Shown: positions 23,878-38,469 of the stretch, piece by piece
How the letters are laid out: each line of letters begins with the position of its first letter
Position numbering within the stretch: the stretch's first letter is position 1
From: Octopus vulgaris
Taxonomy: Eukaryota
DNA length: 64,000 nucleotides
Direction: 5' to 3'
Assembly (NCBI GenBank): GCA_951406725.2
Contig: OX597815.1
Coordinates: 120,404,001 to 120,468,000 of the forward strand
The notes under the pieces: generated by a model
What the model saw: the letters and a program-made list of their open reading frames with translations, nothing else
Database searches by the model: none
Told to the model about the DNA's origin: nothing
Translations under genes and position numbers: made by a program

Positions 23878-25437
23878 AATACACAATGTGCTTCGTCGGG
23901 TTTCTATCAATTTCTGTCTATCAAATCCACTTAAAAGGCTTTGATCTGCCCGATGATGTAGCAGAAGACATTTGCACAAGGTGCCACACAGTGAGACAAA
24001 ACCCGAAACCATGTGGTTGGGAAGAGAACTTCTTTGTGTCTAGTTAATAATATACAAACGTGTCCGCAGGATTGGGCAAATATACAACATTTAGGCAATT
24101 GATAACATGCAAGCATGTACTAGAAAATAAAGCCCGAGGTATTAATTCCGTAACAACTTTTCCTAATAAACAGTTTTTTAACGGTGGAGCACAAAGTACA
24201 TAAGCTATAAATAATTGTATGTAGAATTTGGGTTAAAAAGACCAATGGATAGAAAAACGTTGAAAGCTGCTCGTGGCACTCGAACACACACATATTCCAG
24301 ACGTCCTGCCATTATACCAAAGCAATACTTTGAATTTTCTTCATGCATTTTAGAAGGATTTTTCTTATCAAGAGTTGTATGTTGTTTACATCATATGAAT
24401 TTAGAGACTTCAAGAGATGAAACAAATTGTTTTTAACAATGGAGTTTAAAGCAGATAATACTATAATAGTTTCAAATTCTATCACAAAGCCAGCAAGTTA
24501 GTGGGATAGAATAAGTCGATTATATCGATCCCAGTGCTCAACTGGTACTTATTTTACCGACTTTGAAAGGATGAAAGGCAAAGTCGACCCCGGCGGAATT
24601 TGAACTCAAAACGTAACGACGGATGAGATGCCACGAAGCATTTCACTAAGCGTGCTAAGGAGTCTACCTGCTCACCGCCTTGAAAATGCTACAAATAATA
24701 GCATGTAGAGCATTGGGTTAAAATTTAAAAATCAATTTAGGCTAATGAAGCTCGAATTAATTCATCTTCTGGGTGGCTAGCATGTCTCTTATATGAATAG
24801 TAATGATTAATATGTTGCTGTTGTGTTGTTGCTGTTATTGTTGTCGCTATTGTTTGTGCTGTTGTTTAGTCCACTGATCAACCCAATCGAGTAGGTCTAT
24901 AATGAAAAGCATTCCAGCAGTTATTATTCCATATTTTATTCATATAGAAAATGTTGGTTGTGTGTGTGAAGTTGTACAACATATCACGGGGGATGGTTTC
25001 AAGTACTTGCTTAATTCTCTCAAATGGGTAACAGCTGAAGTGCGTGTGTTGCTAAGTGCGCATGTTGCTAAGCGCGCGTGTTGCTAAGTACATGTGTTGC
25101 TTATTGTATGCGTTGCCAAGCGCAATCAAAGTGCACCACTGACCAGCATGAGAGGTTTAAGAGAACCAGGACGATACCTTCAAAGAAAATGAAAATGAGA
25201 TAGGTATAACTTCATACAAGGTTTCAGTGTGTATAAGCGTACATGCATATATATATACATGCATCCAAATATATATATATATATATATATATGAATACAT
25301 ACAAACACATATATTCATATGATATATATATGCATGATGCATACATAAATATATATGTGTATGTGTGTGCGTGTTTGTATACATACTTATGTACAGAAAC
25401 ACATAAATATATACACATATATAAATGTATATATCTG

Positions 25438-25520
<83 letters not shown>

Positions 25521-26339
25521 CATATACATGCATACGTATATGTGGGGTTAGGGGTTGTTTGACCATTGCAAAGTTCCCTCATAATGATCTAATAAGGATT
25601 TCCCCGTGGAACGGGAGTATAAATTGGAATAAATTATTGTATGCGGGCTGTTAATTACAATCAACTGAGCCGATTCGTGTACTTTAATAAGGTATGTCAG
25701 CAGCTTCATCTGGAACTTATTATCGGCAACTAAATGTGAAACGTTCTGTCCTGAACAGACATCAGAAACGGATTCGAACCTATCTCACTTACACAGATCG
25801 TTCAACATCTTATCCACTCAGCTATCTCCAGTTTTACACCTTCAAACGCACACTCATACATGGAGACTTACATACATAAACACAAATATACATATATTTG
25901 CTCGAGACATTAACTGTTTTGAGGTAGCAATCTGGTAATTAAAGATGTAATTTTATATATCAACTCGGCCGTTGTACAACTATTATACGGCTCACACCCG
26001 GATATCCGATTGAAATTCAAAAGGTAAGTAGTGAAATCGATATTGGGAGGAAATAAAGTGACAGGTGACAGTGTGTAATGATTTAGAATACTAAAAAATG
26101 ATATGTCTAATATACTGGGTTCAGAAAATTCAGAGAATGGGCTACATCGATTACATTGATTCTAGTGCGCAACTGGTACTTATTTTATTGACCACGAAAG
26201 GATGACAGGCAAAGTCGATCTTGGCGGAATTGGAGAATTGATTCTACCAGATCGCCGCCTTTAATATTTGCTAATATATTTCGTCAATAAGATAATCATC
26301 TGAGGGATGATCCATGCCTCGGTAACTTATTGAAAAACA

Positions 26340-26394
<55 letters not shown>

Positions 26395-26461
26395 TATACA
26401 TAAATATATGCATATATATATACACACATATATACATACGCGCACACACACACACATATAT

Positions 26462-26655
26462 AGTTGTTATTTACAAAAAACAAAACAAAACAAAAGACGA
26501 AGACGGGTGTGTAAACAACAAACAGATATATTAGTTTAACGGTGGGTAAGTGAGAAAGTCTTTTACGTTTCGAGCCTATGCTCTTCAACAGAAAGGAACA
26601 TAGAAATAAGCAGAGAGAGAAAATAAAAAAGTCTAGTGGCTAGCGATCAATCAAG
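26462..26655 (-). mobile_element. Solo Penelope 3' terminus containing an HHR at 26560-26595
   Basis: Minus strand CTTT-CTGTTGA-A-GAGC ATAG GCTC-GAAA-CGTA-AAAG; homologous to about 8515-8700; in a TA-rich microsatellite. Confidence 0.78.
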
Positions 26656-26689
26656 GCTAATGATATATATGTATATATGCAAAAATATG

Positions 26690-26773
<84 letters not shown>

Positions 26774-26891
26774 TGTGCGTATGTATGTGTGTGTATATAT
26801 ATGTGTGTGTATATATATATGTATATATACATACATATATACACACACATATATATACATATATATGCACACACATATATATACATATATA

Positions 26892-28790
26892 ACCACCGCC
26901 CAGATAGAGCGAAAGAAACGAGAATTTATCCGTTCATACGCTCTAATCAGGCAACATGTAGACACTCTGGACATCATCCTAGGAGGTGACGGCACCAGGG
27001 AAAGCCAAAAGGATGAAGAAAACATCCAGGACCCAACAAAAAACAAAACCGAGAAACCTAGAACACAAGGAAACAATGACACATGTCCAGCTCCCAACAC
27101 CACAACTGAAGACCAAAGAGGTGCGTTGGCTGCAAGAAAAGAAAAGCACCCTAAAATTGATGGGAAACAGGAGGTAAAAGGCAAGAAAATCAAAGCTAAA
27201 AGAAACCCTGTCCAGAGAAAACAAAAGGACCCCAGCAAGAACTATAAGGGCAAAGAAAGAAACATCTGCAAATTCTACCTGAAGGGGGGACTGCTGTTAC
27301 GGCGTCGAAGGTGCGAACTGTCGCTTTGCACATCAGAGGCCCTACCAAAACCGCACGGACGCGAGACAGGGGTCCCTCCCTTGGGGAGAGCAAAAAGAAA
27401 AAGAAAAAGAAAAATATAAAAGAAGGAAAAAAAGCGCACTGACCACTCCTGAAAGACGATATGCGGATGTGGTGCGCGGTAACCCAACAAATGGCCAGCT
27501 TCACCCAGATGTGAGAAGGGCAGCAGCTGAACAGCAATCTTTTTTGTGCATGGCACAAAAAATTGTTCAGCAGCTGACCTGGCTACAAGCACAAAGCTGG
27601 AACTACCACCACATAAGGCCACCACCGACAGATGCAGGATGGCCACCACAGACACCAACACCAACACACACACCACAAAAATATTTCTACTGTACGTAGG
27701 AGGGCTGCTGCGCGGAAACTGTAAAAGGAAAATCTCATTCCTGAGAGACCTTGTGACATGCAATCAAGCTATATGCATGGCACTCACAGAAACGCATCTT
27801 GAACCCGATATAGGTGATGCAGAAATACACATGCCGCAATATGCAGTCATACGCACAGATAGAAAAGGGAGGAGCCATGGTGGAGTTGCAATGTACATCC
27901 GATATGACCTCACGCCCCAGGTCCTGTTGTCATATTCAAACTCAGTGTGTGAAACTCAAATTGTACACATAAGACAACTGAATATCGTCATATGCACTAC
28001 ATATCGCCCACCAGATGCCCCAAATCACTCAGGCATGTTTGAAGACTGCCTAACAAAAATAGGAGAAGTCCTCACCAACCTTGAACAACACAACCGTGTA
28101 TTCTTCATGGGTGACTTTAACCTCCCCAATGTGGAATGGCCTGGGGGGCAGATGCCCCCAGGGATGACACACCATCAGCAGGCACAGGCAGAGTCCCTGC
28201 TCCATCTCACAAATGCCTCTTTCATGGAGCAAATAGTTCTGCAACCAACAAGGGCAGATAATATACTGGATCTCTGCTTCACAAACAATATGGATATTAT
28301 CCATAATGTTAATGTGATGCCGACAATGATCTCGGATCACAACATAATAGAGCTGTCTATGTATGGAACAAAAGTCCCCGTAGACACACAGCCTATACGA
28401 AGCATCCACCATCTCTCCAACCTAAACTTTCATAAAGCAAACTGGAAGTTGATTGAGAAAGAGATCCTCAAACAGGAATTGGCCTAAATGTCTCTCCACA
28501 CCGGACATAAACATGAAACACAAACACTTCATGTCCATAATACAAGCCATATGTGACAAATATGTCCCAGTGTGCAGGGCCAGCACACACAAAAACAAAA
28601 ACAGGATCCCTAGAGAAAGGAAGATTCTTATGAGACGACGGACAAGGATTGCGAATCGCCTGAGCAAGCACACCAAAAGTGGTGAGAAGTCTCGGCTCGA
28701 GAGAATGCTAATGGAAATTGAGAAAAGTCTGCATCAGTCCCATGAAAAGGAGAGAGCAGATAAAGAAGCTTGGGTAATAGAAAAAAAAAA
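26892..28790 (+). mobile_element. CR1-group LINE 5' portion: ORF1 remnant with a CCCH-like finger and the ORF2 AP endonuclease; RT absent
   Basis: ICKFYLKG; ALTETHL, RTDRKGRSHGGVAMY, YRPPD, MGDFNLP, QPTRADNILDLCFTN, SDHNII, NFHKANW; frameshift near 28470; ends in A/(TA)n. Confidence 0.88.
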
Positions 28791-28861
28791 GAAAAATATA
28801 TATATATATATACACACACATATATATATACGTATATATATATATATACACATATATATAG

Positions 28862-28954
<93 letters not shown>

Positions 28955-28967
28955 CATATATCTATAT

Positions 28968-29279
28968 ATCACCGTGATCACCGTGACCGACCAGGCTATC
29001 AGATGTTGTTACACATCGCAGGTCACAAGCGATTCGCATTGTTTTAGCCTTCAAATGACGCCACCCCGCTGGCTAAGCGAGCTGGCCAACAGAAGAAAGA
29101 GTAAGATAAAGTTGTGGCGAAAGAGTACAGCAGGGATCGCCACCACTCCCTGCCGGAACCGCGTGGAGCTTTAGGTGTTTTCGCTCAATAAACACTCACA
29201 ACACCTGGTCTGGAAATCGAAACCACAATCCTACGACCGAGAGTCCATTGCCCTAACCACTGGGCCATTGCACCTCCAC

Positions 29280-29280
<1 letters not shown>
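28968..29280 (-). mobile_element. tRNA-derived SINE family C
   Basis: Minus-strand head TGGCCCAGTGGTTAGGGC...GGTTTCGATTTCC (A and B boxes); TCACCGTGA repeats at the tail. Confidence 0.75.
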
Positions 29281-29335
<55 letters not shown>

Positions 29336-29344
29336 CTCTATCTA

Positions 29345-29450
<106 letters not shown>

Positions 29451-29619
29451 AATCCCCAAAAAGAACAACAAACACAAAACACACAACAACACGAGGACGT
29501 GGTACAGGTAAAGTATTAGCAGACGCTCAGGGAAGGAAGGAAAAATGGTTTAATGTTTCGAGCAATGTATATATATATACATGGAGTTATGACCTGTGAC
29601 GTGGTTTTTACCAGTTCCT

Positions 29620-30130
29620 GTTTACAGAATGTTGAAATAAGTTTGCAGAAAACATAAAGGAATTATACTGGAGCCACAAAGACGGACCCGATAAGTGAGA
29701 TGATGAAAAATATAATAAATAAGAAAAGGCTTAATTATATTTACATCTTAGAAGACAAAATTAGGTTCGTAGCAGAAATAACGTTTATAATAGTGAACAT
29801 CCGTCTATGCACTTCACGGAGGAAAAACTAATTACGATATAGAAAGTATTTTGCAATATACTAAGACGCAATTTACACATGAAAAGAGAGGTTATCACTT
29901 CGGATAGGTAACCTGGTAGTAGATCTGAAAAATAGTTGAATGACGCCTTACTACACTCCCTGATAATCATGTTTTGTGGATTCAATCTTAAATACTTAAT
30001 AAACCCGAACTGTTTTGATAACTGTAGGAGTAAGACAAGAAAAAGAATGATCACGAAAAGTAAGAAAAATGTGCAGTGACGTCCATTTTCGATTGTAAGA
30101 ATGGAGGATAAATAACACAAACAAGATATA
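29620..30130 (-). pseudogene. Possible decayed polycystin-type channel segment (S4-S6 like)
   Basis: FFLLFVIILFLVLLL...FIKYLRLNPQNMII, then frame-shifted IKPFLIYYIF and FFIISLIGSVFV; resembles the polycystin K..RFN and S6 patterns from memory. Confidence 0.35.
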
Positions 30131-30624
30131 TCTGGCTATCAAGCTGCTTTGTTCATGGTACACCACTCTTTGGTGCTAATGTTTCTACTTTGGTCCATTG
30201 ACGTTTTCAACTCAATTTTGTGCGCTAGGAACTGGGAGACGGATTAACTAATGCGAAATATCATATATAAAGAGGCAAAATATTACACACACATTACACA
30301 CACACACAAAAGGAAGAAGAAGGCAATGGTGATTAACACTCAATATATATTGCACATTAAATAATTAAATAAATAAAATAATGACGAATACACACGTACT
30401 TGTACATGATTAACAAAATAAATGATAATTATAATTATTTCTACTATAGGCACAAAGCTTCAAATTTTCATCAGCTCCATTAATAACCTGTACTTATTTT
30501 ATCGACTCCGAAAGAATGAAAAGCTAAGTCTACCCCGGCGGAATTTGAACTCAGAACGTAAAGATAGACGAAAAGCTGTCAAGCCCAGTGTGCTAACGAT
30601 TCTGCTAGCTCGCCGCCTTTATAA

Positions 30625-31171
30625 AGTATCGATCTATTGCATTTCAATCTGTTTTAGGGTTAGGGTTAGGGTTAGGGGTTAGGGGTTAGGGTTAGGGGTG
30701 GGTGAAGGGTATCTTTTTTCTTCAGAAATGTAAATAAACCCAATCTGTTTCTTAAACGAATATATAATATGTAATGTGTGTATCTGTGCAACAGAGAGGG
30801 AAATTAAAACTGCATATGTTGTGAACTTAGAATATGTGTTTATTAATAAAATTTTAATAACGATAATCTTTTATTCATACGAACGTAACTGATATGAAAT
30901 ATGTCATAAATAACAGTGACAAATTGAGTAGACACCGCATTGACAAACAACCGCAGAAATTGTATTCACCTCAATAGACGTCATTGATTGGTTGAAAATG
31001 CAGAATTGCTAGAAATTTAACAAGAAATAGCTTACAAACTACAGAATTTTCTCAAGAAAGCCAAGAGAAAAAGATGTTTTATGTAACACATTCTACCAGT
31101 ATACGAAGTTTTAAAGTGTTTAGTTACAAAGAACTTATTTTAAAAATCTGGCGGTCAAAGTGAAAAGATCC
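30625..31171. mobile_element. Partial copy of the TTAGGG-containing MITE found at 59392-59813
   Basis: AGTATCGATCTATTGCATTTCAATCTG followed by TTAGGG/TTAGGGG repeats; ends GAAAAGATCC; has an extra internal segment. Confidence 0.8.
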
Positions 31172-31543
31172 CATAGATTCATATACACATACACACACAT
31201 ATGTGTATACATAAATGTGTGCATTTACATATACACGCACACATACACGCATTCATTCGCTCACACATACACCATTCACTTTCTCCTTTTCTCGCTCTCT
31301 CTCCCTCTCACTCCTACACACAATCACACGCACACACACACTCCCACGTGTGTGCGCGCGTGCACGCACATACACACACACACGCGCGCGCGCGCACAAA
31401 CCACATATAATACTTCAAAGAAGGAGGAGGTTCACGGTCCGATATAACATAATCTATACGCACTGATTTGGCTCAACCCAAAAGGAATCGTTCATACTGG
31501 ACATGTGTTGTCTTCTCCGATGAAGTAGTAGCACCAGCGCCAA

Positions 31544-31584
<41 letters not shown>

Positions 31585-32599
31585 GCAGCAGCATTAAATT
31601 GGGGTGATTTGATGACACATCTCAGCTGTGTGTCGAAAGTTATCTTACGATAAACAAAGAGAGGGAGCATTCAAGCATCTTTGCGAGGTTCTCTCACCTA
31701 ACTGCCCCACCCCCTTACTCCTGTTGTTCTAACGTTAGCAAAATGCCGCGTGCGCGCGTGTTTCTGTGTGCATGCGAGCGAGCGAGCGTGTGGGAGTGTA
31801 CGTGTGCGTACGTGCATGTGGAGCCTCTTGCCTATCTGTTTATACAAAAGACAAGACAGTCACGTACGCACATTCATTTGTATGATAAATCAACAAACAC
31901 GTTTTATAGAGCAAAAAGAAAGCAATAAGGGACAATTTAAACACTCATATATTTTTAATGTCTCTAATGATTAAAAACACCCATCGTTTTCTCCATTTAT
32001 TTCATTATTACTCTCTCCCCACTCTTTCTCTTTACCTATCTGTTTATCTATCTCTCTATCTCTTTGTCTCACTTTTTTCTTGCTTTATATCTTCGCTTTC
32101 CACATTAGACCTGTCTTAAGAATTAGAAAACGTAAAGGAAATTGTAACCGACTAAAATAGACAATGCATTTATTAATAAAAAGAATGAAAAAGATCTGTA
32201 ATTTTTAACGTTCTATTTCTGTTTTAAGTTTTCGCTTTGCCGGAACCTACGTCGTGACCGGAAACACGTACGCAGTAGACTAGTGGGCTATAATTTCCCT
32301 CACTAATTATCAAATAACAATTTTAAAGTTTAGTCGGTAATTCTCTTTATTGACTGTCACACTCCCTGAAGAGTTTTGGAGTGGAATGTGAGGTCACGGA
32401 AAACAAAACAACAACAAAAAACAGTAGTTTATTGTTCGGGATTCCATAAATGGATTCCTTTTCTACTGAAGTCTAAGAGATGACAAATTACTAATTAAAA
32501 AAAACCATAATGAAGATAAAAATAACGATAATAATGCTACTACTGCTGCTACTACTATTTTGCATAAAAATAATAACGACATTAATGTGTTATTTATTT

Positions 32600-32666
<67 letters not shown>

Positions 32667-32784
32667 TGATAGTTGTTAAATGCTTTGCTTTCTTTTTTCT
32701 CTATAAAAGGAAATATGTAACTTCAAAGGTGTGATTGAAGAAACCTTAATATAAAAATTGAAAGTAATTTTTAATTTTGAAAAA

Positions 32785-32815
<31 letters not shown>

Positions 32816-32914
32816 CAATGTATCAGCTTCTTTAATTCTAATGAAGCTACATCATGTCCAAATAAATACTAGCGACACTGCAATCACCACCATCACCAGC
32901 ACCACCAGCACCAG

Positions 32915-33128
32915 AAGGGGCTACACACAGAGGGGACAAACAAGGACAGACAAACGGATTAAGTCGATTATATCGACCCCAGTGCGCAACTGGTACTTAT
33001 TTAATCGATCCCGAAAGGATGAAAGGCAAAGTTGACCTCGGCGGAATTTGAACTCTGAACGTAGCGGCAGACGAAAAACTGCTAAGCATTTCGCCCGGCG
33101 TGCTAACGTTTCTGCCAGTTCGCTGCCT
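32915..33128 (-). mobile_element. SINE family B (Nin-domain-like core); copies at about 24510-24680, 26140-26260, 30480-30620, 39460-39675 (all -) and 49795-50030, 54388-54560 (+)
   Basis: Shared GTTCAAATTCCGCCGAGGTCGACTTT.CCTTTCATCCTTTCGGGGTCGATAAA..AAGTACCAGT. Confidence 0.85.
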
Positions 33129-33142
33129 TAATAATGATGATG

Positions 33143-33193
<51 letters not shown>

Positions 33194-33341
33194 TAGCAAA
33201 ACCATCTCTTCTACAACCAATATACTTCATAGCAAGAGGAGATACAAAACTAATATACTACTTCAAATATTACTGCTGCTGATAAATAATAACTCTTTTA
33301 GCATAAATTGTTCGCCATTCTTTGTTATTTTTAAAATTTAT

Positions 33342-36300
33342 TGTTGTCAGCTGTGGTGCTGACCGGAACTTGGGAGCTGACCGGAAGAGGAAGGGGAGGA
33401 GTGACGCGCGCACAGGCAGGGCAAGATTGGGCCTTTTCGATCGGGGTAGCTGACAGTGCTGGACGTGTGAGCGCTTCGATAAGGTGAGGGAAAAGCAGCT
33501 GCTATTTTTAGCGTTCGGGTCGGGCCACGTGGAAGGGTGCGTCACCACCGGAGAGATCTACGTTGACGAAGAGAAGGTAGGTGTCTTACTTCAAATCTCC
33601 CGCATACACCACAAGTTATTTCAGCACTCCACCATAAGACGTCACCACGATGGCAGCTAGAATCAGGATCGCCAGCGACGTTATCAGACCATTTAATGGT
33701 GAGGGCGATATAGTGGCCTGGATGCGTAAACTCAGGCTTGTGGTGAGATTGCAAGGCATTAGCGACGTGGCGAACCTTATGGCACTATATTTGGAAGGGA
33801 GCGCGTTGACTCTATATCTCGAGATGGACGAAGAAGAACGACTGAGTGAGGAGAAGACTGAGCAACGTCTGAGAGATGCTTACACCGAGTGTGAATATAC
33901 AGCCTTTGTTAAGTTGGGTACAATTAGATGGACAGGAGAGCAGGTGGATGAATAAGCGACGGAGGTACGTAGGCTGGCCACGCTGGCTGGGTTTACGGGA
34001 GAAGGCCTGGACAGAGCAGCGCGACTAGTGTTCGTAAGTGGGTTCCCTGACGACGTAGACCCTCGTGGATACGGGTTGCACGACCACCCTCGTGACTTCA
34101 AGGTGGCGAAGAAATGGAAGGGGACAAGTAGCGTCCGGGCGGTCGACGGCAGCGAAATCCGATGCAAAGGCAGCAGCAATGTAGAGATAGTGGTGCGAGG
34201 CGCGACGCTAAGGCTGCAGGTAATTGTGGTTGAACGCGTGATAGACGGGGTTGATGTAGTGATGGGGATGGACACCATCAACCGCCTCGGTGATGTCAGT
34301 ATTGTAGGTGATGAGGTCACGTTCGGAAGCGTGGGGGCGTGGTGCGCTGTGAGTCAGGATCGCTAGAGAAAGCAGAGCCCCGCGAGGGACTGCGCCGCAT
34401 ACACCATTGAGGACAAGGATTTTCAGGCGGCGTTCGATGGTCAGTGGTGGACGATAGAGTGGCGATGTAAAGACGAGCCCCCGATGTTGAAGAACAGGGT
34501 GAGCTGCTACCAGCGTACCCTGAAAGGTCACGCCAGGGTCGAGTTCGAAGACAAGGTAGAGAGGTAGATCGAGGAAGGAGGCCTTGTTCCGTGGGAGGAG
34601 GAGGTAGTGGGTGGAGTGCCATCTCTGAATCCCAGAGCTGAGTTTCAGCGTCAGCAGGAGAGAGCTGTTCTCGGTGTGTGGGAAGTTGGTCGGTCACTAT
34701 CCGATCGCTGGATGGCTGCGTACAGCGTGCAGTTACACCAAGAGACGAGCGGAGGGGGAGAGTTGGGGCGACAAGATGGGAGAAGGGACGGTGACGATGA
34801 TGCAGGAAATCCTAGAGAGGACGAGAGCGGAAGACCCGGTCAGGGGGAACTGGTATGTGCCCAAGACGGAATGCGGGACCGTCTGGTGTGATGCTAGCAG
34901 TATAGCGATAGGGGTTGTATTGGAGATCGAAGGCGCTGAGGAGAAGGACGCGGTTTGGCTTCGGAAAGCAGACGAATTTAACCACATCAATGTTGCCGAA
35001 TCAGACACGGTGCTGAAGGGGGTTAACTTGGCCCTGAAATGGAGTCTGCGCTCAATCGAAATCCTGACGGATTCGGCCGCAGTGCTTGGCTGGGTAGGAT
35101 CGGTGATTACCGGTGAGAGGAGAGTTCGGACGAAAGGTACCGCGGAGATGTTGGTGAACCGCCGTCTAGGAGTTCTAGAAGAATTGATTGCCGAGTTTGG
35201 ACTGAAGCTGAACGTAGTTTTCGTGCCTTCGGAGAGAAACAGGGCAGATGCACTGACCAGGGTGAAAAGGGCGTTGGTGGCGGAACTGGAGGAGGTAAAG
35301 AAAGGGATAGCTGTGGCGTGTCGGTTGGATGACTCCGAACTGAAGAGACTGCACGCTATGCATCATTTGGGTGTGAACAGGACCCTGTATCTCGCGAAGA
35401 TCATTGATGCTGACGTCACTAGGAGAAGCATCCGGAAAGTAATCGGGAGCTGCGACAGGTGTCAGTCCATTGACCCTACTCTGTATGGGCATGAGCAAGG
35501 AAACCTTTCGGTGGAGCACAACTGGAAGAGACTAGCTGTGGATGTGACGCACTACCGTCAGGGAATGTATCTCTCCATGGTCGACTGCGAGCCGGGCCAG
35601 CTGGCCATTTGGAGGGAGTTGAGAACGGGCATTGCTGACGAGATTGCGCAGATTTTGAACGGGATATTTTTAGAGAAGGATCCCGTGGAAGAACTGCAAA
35701 TGGACAACGGAGCGACGTTTCGTTCGGTGGAAAGTGCATCGCTTGTTCAAAGCAGCGTATAGGTCGAGTGGTAGCGGAATCGTAGAGAGGCACCATCGGG
35801 CATTCAATGCCATAGCGGAAAGAGGGCACATTTCGCCGCTGGAAGCAGTTTTCTGGTACAACATGTCTCCCCAATCCGGACAAGCTGAAGAATCTGTGCC
35901 ACACAGAGCGCTATTTAAATACGAATGCGAGTAAAGTGCCGGAGTGTCATGAGGAAGAGAAGGAACCTGCCTGCGTGAAAATAGGGGAGGAAGTCTGGGT
36001 TAAACCACCAAAGGCGCGCTGTACGTCTCACTGAAGCAGAGGAATGGTAACAGCGATCAATTCCAGAAACGTCTCCGTGGATGGAATGCCGCGACACGTC
36101 TTGGACCTTCGCAGGATTGTCGCTTCGTCGGATGACGATCGTGGAGAGGAGAACAAGGTGCCTAGCCTGAGAAGATCTCGACGCGCAAAGCGCCCTACTG
36201 GTTGGATGGTGGACTTAGACGTAGAGTAGAGAGAATGTGATCTTTAAGGTCGGGCCACGTGGAAGGGTGCGTTACCACCGGAGAGGTCTGAGTCGACGAA

Positions 36301-36395
36301 GAGAAGATGGGTGTCTTACTTCAAATCTCCCGCATACACCACAGTTCTCACGGTTACTGCGTTCGCTATCCGAACCTGGCTTCTTGAGTAACACA
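33342..36395 (+). mobile_element. Internally deleted Gypsy/Ty3 LTR retrotransposon (gag, protease remnant, RNase H, integrase; RT core missing)
   Basis: TG...CA termini with TTAT on both sides; 96-bp direct repeat at 33518-33613 and 36248-36343; WCDAS/NVAES/LTDS RNase H; H-H-C-C zinc motif and AVD/MDNG/VER integrase motifs; stops and frameshifts. Confidence 0.9.
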
Positions 36396-38182
36396 TTATT
36401 TCCATTCATTTATTTTGTTAATGCATTTGCAAAAAAAAAAAAGATAAAATGAAATAAAAAAAAACATCGCCGTTGTTTCCCACGCTTGAACTAAAGTGTC
36501 AAATACGTTTCGGTTCGTAACGTATTTCTTACATAAACTTAGATAAATTTAGATACGTTTCGGCCAAAAATTGACCCAGACCGTATCTAACTTAGAAGCA
36601 TCACTTCATAGAATCTGTTAAATCATTTTAAGCCAAGTTGTGCGACATCATGGTCCATTCAAGCTGGAAGTTGTTAGTTACTGAGATGTATCATAAGTTG
36701 CTCGAAGAAATTTGTTGAGATATTGTTCGAGGAGGAAGGGATCGTTTTCTTCTTTGATTTGTTTTGGGATAATGTTAAACATTGTTGAGGAAAAGTAAAT
36801 TGTGTTGCAGTGTATTTATGTGTTGTGAGCCTGGATTGTATAGGGGCGTGTGGTATTCATAACACTCCAAGTCGATATATTTACATACTTAATAACGAAG
36901 ATATGTTTCACTTTTGGCGAACAAACTTTATATTCCTGCTTTGCTATTATTGTTCTACTTAACCTAGTATTATTACGTTTGAAAAAGACATGAATGTCAC
37001 AGAATTACTACTTCCCTCTTATTAGAAAATACATTATTTATTTATTAGACGAAAGAAACTACAGTGAAAGTATGCAATAGGACAGATGGAGGCAAATCTA
37101 GGGAAGAGGGACTGGAATCACGAGTTCAGATAATACAGTTACAAGAAAGAGCTATGTGGTAAATGGTAGGAGTGGAATCTGAAAGTAATAAATTCGATTT
37201 CCAAACTTGTAAACAAAGCAGAGAAGGCTCCAAATGTAGGGTAACTAATATTGTTTATCGATATCCGTATACTTAAAGGTGAAAAGTCAAGAGTCCACCT
37301 ATAGTTGACTAAATTTATCCTTTTATGAGAGATCAATATTTTCGAAAGAATGAGTAATGATAAATAAGGTTTTTATTTATTATTATTATTATTTTAACAT
37401 TTCTTATTTATACCAGACGAAACCATATGAGTTAACATCACGATCTTTAGAAACCTTTTTATGACACACAAATGAAATGAAATTTTAAAATTTATAAAGA
37501 GATCTAAATTGAATAAAAAGTTTCATTTATTCATTGTTGCTTACTTTTCTTTTTTTTAATTTAGTGCATCAGGTTATTAGTAATTAGATTCTACTGTTTA
37601 GTTGAATGTCTTCTAAACTGTTTCGCTCCATAAAATACTTAACTTAGTGCAATCTACTTGCCTGGGGTTATGTTATGCTGCTTATTTCAAAAAAGGATGA
37701 AATGGCGCTATACACATGGACAACAATGATTAAAAAATATCTAAGAGCTTTGTTAAGAGTAGGAAAAATATCAAATATGTATATTCTGAGCATCTTCTCT
37801 TCAATTTAAAATTCCAACTTCCAGAAGTGATTGTTTCCCTTACAATAACTACTGTCATGACACCAGGTGTTTTATTGTTTAATTCCCATTTAAAACCAAT
37901 CAGAATATATCTACATCTTTTATTTTCAAATAGAAAGTGATGATGTATCACTTTCAGAATTAGAAACAGAAATCTTTATATTAAGCAGCTTAATAGTCCG
38001 AAGATTTAAATGTTTTGAATATAATGTATACGGGGCCTATAAATTTTCTCTGACATTAAGTTACAGTTAAACCTGTTGCCAAACTGAGTTTCTGTTTTTT
38101 TTTCTCTCTCTCTCTCTCTCACCATTAATTAATACAGTTGATTATGGTTTAGCATAAACTAGTGGCCACCAGTAAATCTTAC

Positions 38183-38385
38183 ACTGAAATCGTAGGAAGA
38201 CATTTGACGTTTGTTTAGAAAAGGATTTGACGACAAAGAAATAGAAATAGTAAGATTTGTCGTTTGAATGTCAAAACTGAAGGAAGGTGAGTTTATGGTA
38301 GTATTCTGGGAAACAATAGAATAACAGGTGGCATGTGAGATATTCTTAAAGAACCGTTTATCCTGGTAAAACGGTTCCAAAACAC
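38183..38385 (-). CDS. Candidate internal exon (possibly polycystin-1-like GAIN region)
   Basis: ggcag acceptor and GTAAGA donor; open in the frame set by the upstream exon across an 84-nt intron; ...NLTISISLSSNPF... Confidence 0.45.
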
Positions 38386-38469
38386 CTGCCATATATTTCG
38401 CATTTAACGCCTATTTACGTCATCATTTCGAATTCGTATTAAAACATTCACATTTTTTTTATCACTTAC

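Noticed and set aside
30655-30698. TTAGGG tract as a chromosome end or fusion site
   Set aside because: Short and embedded in a repeated MITE also present at 59392-59813
31468-31670. Poly-Ala ORFs on both strands
   Set aside because: Arise from a CAG tract; short, with no splice or homology support
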